Positions 57,559 through 64,000 of a stretch of 64,000 nucleotides of DNA are shown here, one piece after another. The position numbers were made by a program, and so were the translations under genes. This DNA is from a virus. Position 1 is the first letter of the stretch. Each line of letters opens with the position of its first letter. The notes beneath the pieces were generated by a model. It saw nothing but the letters and a program-made list of their open reading frames with translations, had not been told where the DNA came from and did no database searches. The stretch spans positions 77,856-141,855 of IMG/VR virus record IMGVR_UViG_3300032285_001029; one strand, given 5' to 3'.

Positions 57559-58739
57559 TATGCAAATTCTTCGTGTTTTGAATAGTATGCATATTCACCA
57601 AAGGGCGGAACAATTTTATCGTTGCCATGAATAATAAACAAGGTATCGCAGTATAGTTCGTCACCCCAGCTACCCCAGGGATAACCGTCTGTAAACATGA
57701 TAAATTTCTTAGGAGTAATATTGTGCTCTTTCATGTAATCCCAGTTTACATCAAACTCAGTACCGCCACCGCCCATTGCTTCGTAATTATCGAATTCATC
57801 TGCATTGTAGCTGTTAAAATCTGCAACATTGTAAACTTGTGTATCAAAGCACCATAGTTTTAAATTAAAATCTCTATATTCTTGCATGATACCTTTGATT
57901 TCGCTAATAAAATCTCTAGCTTGTTCGTCGCCAATAGATCCAGACATGTCTAGTCCAACGCAGATATCGATTGTTTCTTGAAACTGTTGTCCTGGTAATA
58001 CGGCATTCATATGCCAACCTTTACGATTAGGACGCATGAAGGTATAATCATTTTTAATAGTACTTTGAATTTGTTGACGAATCAATTGACGCCAATTCAT
58101 CTTCGGTTCAGTCATGTCTTTGATCATACGTGCTACGCTAGCAGGAACATTGCCTGCACCTGCAGCCTGTGCTGCCTGCATTGTGGCATCACGTATTTCG
58201 TCGCGTATTTGTTTAAGTTCTTCTTTAGTGTATGAAGGACGTTTTTGATCGCCGTTTTCACCCCAATCGATATGTTCGTCGATTAATTGTCCAAGCGCAT
58301 CAAGTTGTTGGTTTTCCATATCCTCGAATATATCGTCGTATACTTGCTCTGCACCCCAGCCATAATACTTAGGATTATGAAACATCTTAATTTCTGGAAT
58401 AGTATCGCCGATCTTATCTCGAACTAATTGACCGTTGACGCAATAATCTGCAGCAACGTTAAAGATTTTTGGATCACGACCTTCTCTACGACTCATATGA
58501 TCAAAAATATTGTGCATAATTTCATGCGCAATAACAAACTCAATTTGCTTAGTTGTAAGTTTTTCAAAAAATGGACGACTAAAATAAATTGCTCGACCGT
58601 CTGTTGCAGCGGTACTAAGCCAGTCGCTGCCTTCTACGATTTTTAAACGAGTAGCCATGTTACCAAAGAACGGATGACGTAGTAATAGTCCTACGCGAGC
58701 TACGATAATTTTATCAATAATTGGATCTGCATGAGCCAT
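57558..58739 (-). CDS. VWA-domain putative metallopeptidase (DUF2201-like)
   Basis: TAATDG, AHEIMH (HExxH), DMSGS MIDAS, GGGT.F, FTDG. Start reassigned to MAHADP (58739) because the longer start crosses a promoter/hairpin. Confidence 0.88.
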   Translation of the reverse strand: MAHADPIIDKIIVARVGLLLRHPFFGNMATRLKIVEGSDWLSTAATDGRAIYFSRPFFEKLTTKQIEFVIAHEIMHNIFDHMSRREGRDPKIFNVAADYCVNGQLVRDKIGDTIPEIKMFHNPKYYGWGAEQVYDDIFEDMENQQLDALGQLIDEHIDWGENGDQKRPSYTKEELKQIRDEIRDATMQAAQAAGAGNVPASVARMIKDMTEPKMNWRQLIRQQIQSTIKNDYTFMRPNRKGWHMNAVLPGQQFQETIDICVGLDMSGSIGDEQARDFISEIKGIMQEYRDFNLKLWCFDTQVYNVADFNSYNADEFDNYEAMGGGGTEFDVNWDYMKEHNITPKKFIMFTDGYPWGSWGDELYCDTLFIIHGNDKIVPPFGEYAYYSKHEEFA

Positions 58740-58767
58740 AATTTTTCCTAAGTAACAATATGTATAT

Positions 58768-58796
58768 AGTATAACACCGCCCGGGGGCGGTGTCAA
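58768..58796 (-). promoter_or_regulatory. Sigma70 promoter with palindromic GC-rich spacer
   Basis: TTGACA-17 nt-TATACT; ACACCGCC-cggg-GGCGGTGT inverted repeat at 58774-58793. Confidence 0.8.
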
Positions 58797-58813
58797 TTTG
58801 CTTATAATCTAAA

Positions 58814-59902
58814 TTACTTCTCAGTTGCCTGTGCAATATACTTGCCAAATTTAGCATGGAAGTCATCGAAGCATTTGATCTCATCTGGATCTAATGGCAG
58901 CTTGTAAGTGCTTAGAGCAAGTTTTGTGCCCATAATAACAAGTTCGGTTTCGAAGTTATCCATAATAAACTGGAAGAAATTATTTACTTGGTCGTTCCAG
59001 TTTTTAGCACCTTTGTCGCAGGCTTCTTTAAGTTCGTAGCACAGAGATACAGTTAATGAATACATTGCTGAAATTTCTTTATTGTCCATTTTCTTAACTT
59101 TACCGTTAAGAATATCTGTTGGATCGGGCATTTTACTAGCATGTTTACGATGTGCCATAAACTTAATAGCAAGACCTTCGCCGATAGAACCTGATGTAAG
59201 ATCAGTTAATGTACTCTCGTCGGTGTCGTCATCAATAAGAAGTTCACTTACAAAACTCCAAGTACGCGGTGTTGCAAACGCACGGCTGTTAGATTTAGGA
59301 TCAAAATCATAAAGATCTTTTTTGCTAAAAGTAAGATAGCCAACAACGTCTTTATGGATTTTGTTAAGTACCGCCCACTCTTGCCAATCTTCCCAATCAA
59401 CCTGCATTTCTAAATGCAAGAAACGATTTGCTAATGGTGCTGGCATACGATAGCTTACACCTTTGTCAGTTTCACGATTGCCTGCAGCAACCATTACAAC
59501 ATTGTCAGGTAACTCATATGTGCCAACACGACGATTAAGTACTAATTGATATGCAGCAGCTTGTACACTAGGTGCTGCAGCATTCATTTCGTCCATGAAC
59601 AAAATAATCTGTTTATGTTTTTTTGCTTCCTCTTTACTAGGAAGTTCGCTAGGAGGAGCCCAACGCATAGTGCCGTCGTTGCTATCAAAATATGGAATAC
59701 CTTTAATATCAGTAGGTTCCCACAAACTTAAACGAACATCGATAACATGGGCTTCTAGTTCTTCGCCTAGTTGCTTGATGATATCGGATTTACCAATACC
59801 TGGAGGACCCCATAAGAAAACTGGACGCTTGCTTTTAAATGATTTGCGCAAAGATTTTTTTGCACTCTTAGGGCCGACTAGGCGACTATAAACTTCACTC
59901 AT
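58814..59902 (-). CDS. MoxR-type AAA+ ATPase
   Basis: GPPGIGKS Walker A, LFMDE Walker B, AAGNR, PLANRF, TPRTW. Confidence 0.92.
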   Translation of the reverse strand: MSEVYSRLVGPKSAKKSLRKSFKSKRPVFLWGPPGIGKSDIIKQLGEELEAHVIDVRLSLWEPTDIKGIPYFDSNDGTMRWAPPSELPSKEEAKKHKQIILFMDEMNAAAPSVQAAAYQLVLNRRVGTYELPDNVVMVAAGNRETDKGVSYRMPAPLANRFLHLEMQVDWEDWQEWAVLNKIHKDVVGYLTFSKKDLYDFDPKSNSRAFATPRTWSFVSELLIDDDTDESTLTDLTSGSIGEGLAIKFMAHRKHASKMPDPTDILNGKVKKMDNKEISAMYSLTVSLCYELKEACDKGAKNWNDQVNNFFQFIMDNFETELVIMGTKLALSTYKLPLDPDEIKCFDDFHAKFGKYIAQATEK

Positions 59903-59958
59903 TTTTTTTCCTTGAAAACGTTAATAAAGTGTAGTTAAAATATTTTTTAACAGTCCTT

Positions 59959-59987
59959 ATTATATGATAAAACGAAAGAACTGTCAA
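59959..59987 (-). promoter_or_regulatory. Perfect consensus sigma70 promoter for the AAA gene
   Basis: TTGACA-17 nt-TATAAT. Confidence 0.88.
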
Positions 59988-59995
59988 ACAGTTTT

Positions 59996-60391
59996 TTAAT
60001 TACTTTGTTCTTTTTCGCGCTCGTTAATAGCTTTGACAAGACCGTATTTTCTAATGTCGTCCGAAAACAACATTAATTCAAAACTTTTCTTTTCTGAAAA
60101 TACAGTTATACTATGATTAGTAAGATAATAAGGGCAATCAATATATCTTTCTAAGAATATAATAGTTTGAGGACTTAATTCAATCGGTTCGGTAAAAGGT
60201 ATTTCATAAGACTGTAGTTCTAACGTATCTGATAAAAATTCAAGACCTTCGTCGGAAAGTCTAAATGCTGTTGGTTTATTAACACGATTAGATTGCCACC
60301 ATTTTCTCCCATACATACTAACATTTGCTTCATCTGTGCTTTTACCCCATTGACAAAGAAATATTTTTGTATAGGCAGTCCGTGATATCAT
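59996..60391 (-). CDS. Hypothetical protein
   Basis: 131-aa ORF with ATGA overlap to the upstream gene. Confidence 0.7.
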   Translation of the reverse strand: MISRTAYTKIFLCQWGKSTDEANVSMYGRKWWQSNRVNKPTAFRLSDEGLEFLSDTLELQSYEIPFTEPIELSPQTIIFLERYIDCPYYLTNHSITVFSEKKSFELMLFSDDIRKYGLVKAINEREKEQSN

Positions 60392-60672
60392 TTTACAACA
60401 GTACCGGATGTTAATTTAATAACTTGGAAGTCATCTGTATTAAATGTTTGATTTAACTTTTTTGCAAGATTACGAGCATGACCTGGATTACTAAAACTTA
60501 CTTTTTTATATTTTGGTCCAGGGTAGCTAGTAATACTGTTAAATGATTTTAAGTTAAAAGGAGCACCCTTGTAAAAGACAGCCCAAATCGCTTCGGCTTC
60601 TAATACTTGTTCTGCTTTATATGTTTTTTTATTAGTGTATTCTAACAACACTTTGGGTTTTGGCCGGGACAT
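60388..60672 (-). CDS. Hypothetical basic protein
   Basis: Likely start MSRPKP at 60672 (GGAG SD); TAAATA at 60697-60702. Confidence 0.7.
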   Translation of the reverse strand: MSRPKPKVLLEYTNKKTYKAEQVLEAEAIWAVFYKGAPFNLKSFNSITSYPGPKYKKVSFSNPGHARNLAKKLNQTFNTDDFQVIKLTSGTVVK

Positions 60673-60706
60673 ATACGTCTCCAATAAGTACGTATATATT
60701 TATCCT

Positions 60707-60955
60707 CTATTTACTAGGCCCGAACCCACCTCCATCTAAGTTAACAGTTATAACTTCTTCTGTTTGACTGTTTTTTAATACAGTATAAATTTCTTCCCAG
60801 TTTCTATTACAATTATCTAACACATCTGTTAGTGCTAATACAAGTAATCTAGCCTGCTGGATTCCTATCTTAATTTCTTTAGCTTGACTTAATTCAGCAC
60901 TTTTTACCTGTTGTATAAACTGTTGTATAGGACTTGTGTTAATCGATGTTGTCAT
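60707..60955 (-). CDS. Hypothetical protein
   Basis: 82-aa ORF ending LDGGGF... Confidence 0.65.
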   Translation of the reverse strand: MTTSINTSPIQQFIQQVKSAELSQAKEIKIGIQQARLLVLALTDVLDNCNRNWEEIYTVLKNSQTEEVITVNLDGGGFGPSK

Positions 60956-61421
60956 TAGATATTTCCGTTTTTTTCATTTCTGATTTATCTTTGAAAGGTC
61001 CTTTATACGGATTTCTTTCTAAGGTTATTAGTTTTGGACAAAATCCTTTAACCCAACCTTTGTTAAATTTAATTGCATAATATCCTGCACAATATAAGCT
61101 CTTTGATTGTTTACTTTTTGTAAACAATGGAAGTTTACGTTTTACATCATATATAGGATTATATGGAATACTTGATGTTGGATATCCGTAGCATTCGTTA
61201 GGTTCTGTTGTAGTAACCTTAATCTTATCATTTGTTAAGAAGAAATCACTTCCGAATTGTTTTGTTAATTGATCTTTACGATCAAAAATTATTTCTCCAT
61301 TGCTGTTACTTAATAAAAATTTATTATTTTCTTTTTTATGTAATGTTGCTACTTTTGTACCATCTTTTTCAACAATCCAAAATTTTCCTTCGATAATAGG
61401 TTTTGCATGTATCTCTGTCAT
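60939..61421 (-). CDS. Hypothetical protein
   Basis: 160-aa ORF with AGGA SD. Confidence 0.7.
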   Translation of the reverse strand: MTEIHAKPIIEGKFWIVEKDGTKVATLHKKENNKFLLSNSNGEIIFDRKDQLTKQFGSDFFLTNDKIKVTTTEPNECYGYPTSSIPYNPIYDVKRKLPLFTKSKQSKSLYCAGYYAIKFNKGWVKGFCPKLITLERNPYKGPFKDKSEMKKTEISNDNID

Positions 61422-61433
61422 ACTGTATTCCTT

Positions 61434-62339
61434 TTAGTTGTTTGGATCGTGCGCAATTCCACGCCAATGTTTTATTTTTATTTCATCTGTTTCCGGCCCA
61501 TCATCTCCCCAAACCGGAATCCATCTTGATCCTGTCCACCGCGCCGTTGTAGGGTAGGTATTTGGCCATTCGTTCTTTTTACCTGTATCTACATCATAGA
61601 TACCTTCGTACACTGGATTGACTTTCTTTGGAAACCAGTTGGTCATTTCGTAAGTGCAATCATCTGAGTTGCGATATCGTTCCCACTTACCATCTTTTAA
61701 CGATCCTGCAACATAGAAACCAAAGTCTGAACTCTTGCCAGTAGTATCACCGCCCCAGTTATCTATATCTACTCCATCATAACTTGCTCTATTAATAATT
61801 TCGCTACCATCGATGTCTTCAATATGCAAGGTTAATTTTGTAATGTCAAACGGTGCTGTAAGTTCAATCTCGCCTTCGAAGAATGTACCTTTCTCATTGC
61901 TATTTCCGATAAACACTACAGTTCCTGCAGGTTGATCGTCGATAAAAGCTTCGTCACTGTATTCTAATTCAGGACTGTCGTCGAAGCCGTTGCAATCGTC
62001 GAGACTTTTCTGAAGTACTTCGTCTCCGTTTTCATCTTCGATTTGCAAAGTTCCACTATTACGCTCGACACCATTAGTGTGTGCTATGTTGTCGCACTCA
62101 TACCAAGCACCTGGAGGAAATGGCCACATATCTTCGGGAATGTCATGTTCTTCGGCATATTCACTAAGCCAGGCAAAGTCACTAAGATCTAGTCTACGCT
62201 GTTTAAAGTAATCGTAAATTTTACGATCTACTGTGCCCATTGCAGTTTCTCCACCGTAACCCCATAATGAAATTTTATAAGTTCGAGGAGTGAATTTAAG
62301 TATTTCGATTAGTTTATCTTTTTCTTCTTTAGTTGCCAT
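61434..62339 (-). CDS. Hypothetical acidic protein
   Basis: 301-aa ORF; C-terminal W.P....P...G.Y...W.G..W small domain. Confidence 0.7.
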   Translation of the reverse strand: MATKEEKDKLIEILKFTPRTYKISLWGYGGETAMGTVDRKIYDYFKQRRLDLSDFAWLSEYAEEHDIPEDMWPFPPGAWYECDNIAHTNGVERNSGTLQIEDENGDEVLQKSLDDCNGFDDSPELEYSDEAFIDDQPAGTVVFIGNSNEKGTFFEGEIELTAPFDITKLTLHIEDIDGSEIINRASYDGVDIDNWGGDTTGKSSDFGFYVAGSLKDGKWERYRNSDDCTYEMTNWFPKKVNPVYEGIYDVDTGKKNEWPNTYPTTARWTGSRWIPVWGDDGPETDEIKIKHWRGIAHDPNN

Positions 62340-63334
62340 TATTTTATTTCCTTTCCTGGATACTTAGCTTGAAACGGCTCAGCATAATGTTGTATATTTT
62401 CTGCAATCTTTTTCATATCCCATGCATTACAGAATTTAAGCATACGAATTCCCACTTGCGATACATCTTTAGGAACCGAATGCGTATTAACGGTTTCGTT
62501 AATAATGCTACGTATTTCATCAGGTTGATATGATAAGTCAATTAGTCGACGATTGCGTTCGTAATCGTCCATTACTCGATGTTCGACACCGTTGTGATCT
62601 ACCCAACGCTGTAGCATAAGATTATTCCAATTGTATCCTTTTGATGTACGATCCTCAAATGCTTCAGTTAGCCCTACTTTATTTTTAGAACCTTTAGTTC
62701 TTACACCAGGATATGCGCTGAATACATTATCAGTAGTATCTCCTCGCATACATTTTTCAAACAATAACCATTGAGGATTTGGAGGATCTTTTTCTTTATC
62801 TGTTTTTTTATCTTTAACAGGCTTGCCTTTAACATCGAAGTATCCTTCGTGTGTTGTTAAGACTTCGCTAATGCCGTTATATTGTTTTACATTAGGTGCA
62901 ATTAGTTGAGCAAAATCGCTATCTGAACTAATAATTACATGATCATCATTGGGATGATTTTGTATAAATCCTGCAATTAAGTCATCTGCTTCAAGTTGCG
63001 GATTTTGCATTACTGTACAATTTGTTTTTTCGCTAATAAAGTTTTTAAATTCGTCAAATGCTTCCCAGAACAATTTATCTTCTTCTTGTTCTTTAGAAGT
63101 CATTGCATCTCGTGTTTCTTGCCTGTTTCGCTTATACGGCTCGTAGAAGCTCTTACGCCAGCTGCGTCCTTCTAAACAGAAAACAACATGATCTCCTTGG
63201 AAATCCTGCCATGCTTTTTTAATACTATTAAATGTAATGTGAAAGGCCATGCCGAGTTTAATATCAGCATCGCCTTGGATAGCGTGTCTAGCACGAAAGA
63301 ATGTATTGGCTGTATCAACCAAAATATAAGTCAT
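62339..63334 (-). CDS. rnh: T4-type RNase H / 5'-3' flap exonuclease
   Basis: LVD..N.FFR, SWRK..Y..YK.NR, EADD, SSDSDF.QL, GD..DNV motifs. Confidence 0.92.
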   Translation of the reverse strand: MTYILVDTANTFFRARHAIQGDADIKLGMAFHITFNSIKKAWQDFQGDHVVFCLEGRSWRKSFYEPYKRNRQETRDAMTSKEQEEDKLFWEAFDEFKNFISEKTNCTVMQNPQLEADDLIAGFIQNHPNDDHVIISSDSDFAQLIAPNVKQYNGISEVLTTHEGYFDVKGKPVKDKKTDKEKDPPNPQWLLFEKCMRGDTTDNVFSAYPGVRTKGSKNKVGLTEAFEDRTSKGYNWNNLMLQRWVDHNGVEHRVMDDYERNRRLIDLSYQPDEIRSIINETVNTHSVPKDVSQVGIRMLKFCNAWDMKKIAENIQHYAEPFQAKYPGKEIK

Positions 63335-63912
63335 AAGTAGTATTCCATGTCAGCTGCGAAAATAAAACGATATTCACTAGAATCAGTAATACCAGGTCTA
63401 TGCCATAGTTTACCTGGATATACGTTCCAAGTCAATTGATTTGGTTTAAGAAAGAAAATATCATTTTTAACAGGCCAATCTAGGCAAAACTCTGTACCAG
63501 TTAAATCTGGATTGGATACATCTGTTGGTATGTGTACATACCAAATTCCGCTTATAGTGGAAGTAGTTCCGCTATTGTCGCTAACATGATGATTGTGCCA
63601 AAGATTGTCTCGATCCTCGGGATGATCTGCACTGGTCATAAAAACCCAGCTCATTATATTTTTAATTCGAACTTCTCTATCTAAGAACATAAAACAGCTA
63701 TAGATAAAACTTTGACGCATTTTTAACCATATTGGTTCTGGTCTAGCAAACAAGTTTTCTTTAGTTTGAAATTTGGGACTGTTTTGAAAGTAGTTACCAG
63801 AATCGATTATTGATCGAGAGATAGCTTTTATTTGTTCGTTATCATTGTTGTTTATTAGAGAACTAAAGTTATATTGATCAATATAGTCACTTGAGTCTAC
63901 AATTTTATGCAT
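63331..63912 (-). CDS. Putative 2OG-Fe(II) oxygenase-like protein
   Basis: WHNH...ISGIWYVHIP...GTEF...LWH.P...R.I.A double-stranded beta-helix pattern. Confidence 0.6.
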   Translation of the reverse strand: MHKIVDSSDYIDQYNFSSLINNNDNEQIKAISRSIIDSGNYFQNSPKFQTKENLFARPEPIWLKMRQSFIYSCFMFLDREVRIKNIMSWVFMTSADHPEDRDNLWHNHHVSDNSGTTSTISGIWYVHIPTDVSNPDLTGTEFCLDWPVKNDIFFLKPNQLTWNVYPGKLWHRPGITDSSEYRFIFAADMEYYL

Positions 63913-64000
63913 TAAGAAATCTCGGATTGATTTTTATTAATTCTGTTTACATTAATATATCCGGAAGCTCTGCTAACATCTTGATTTTCTTCTGCCAACA
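63912..64000 (-). CDS. 3' end of a gene entering from the right edge
   Basis: ...LAEENQDVSRASGYINVNRINKNQSEIS*; TAATG overlap with the next gene. Confidence 0.65.
   Translation of the reverse strand, partial: LAEENQDVSRASGYINVNRINKNQSEIS

Noticed and set aside
58740-58796. N-terminal extension MTPPPGGV of the VWA ORF
   Set aside because: Its TTG start is the -35 box and the extension runs through the promoter and hairpin.
1-64000. Stop-codon reassignment, tRNAs, CRISPR arrays, introns/inteins, and the many short antisense ORFs
   Set aside because: Long genes are intact under code 11 with TAA, TAG and TGA all used as stops. No cloverleafs, arrays or intein motifs were seen. The antisense ORFs are shadows of real genes.

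Overview
This AT-rich 64-kb window is a segment of a large (probably jumbo) myovirus distantly related to T4. Gene content and order resemble the GAP32/RaK2/Atu_ph07-type lineage and its uncultured relatives; this assignment is from memory of the families, not from a search. The standard genetic code is used. Left to right: (-) head module (two structural genes, MCP gp23, scaffold, protease gp21, acidic core protein, portal gp20, probable tape measure); (+) gp26-like hub/tail chaperone followed by a start-less frame reachable by -1 frameshift; (-) probable internal protein, a ~480-bp structured non-coding block, a minimal GIY-YIG nuclease, an Hc1-like protein, gp46/gp47 and late sigma gp55; (+) a 38-kb baseplate/fibre operon (gp53, gp5, gp25, gp6, a 5148-aa giant protein, gp9/10-like, four paralogous fibres) ending in four GT-A glycosyltransferase-like genes; (-) an early/metabolic block (thyX, VWA-metallopeptidase, MoxR AAA, RNase H, 2OG-Fe(II) oxygenase). 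T4-like late promoters (TAAATA) and consensus sigma70 promoters are visible. The top leads are a pseudoknotted ~350-nt RNA-like element abutting the GIY-YIG gene, the G/GT-type frameshift in the gp26-like gene, the fibre-linked glycosyltransferase operon, and a three-hairpin late leader.
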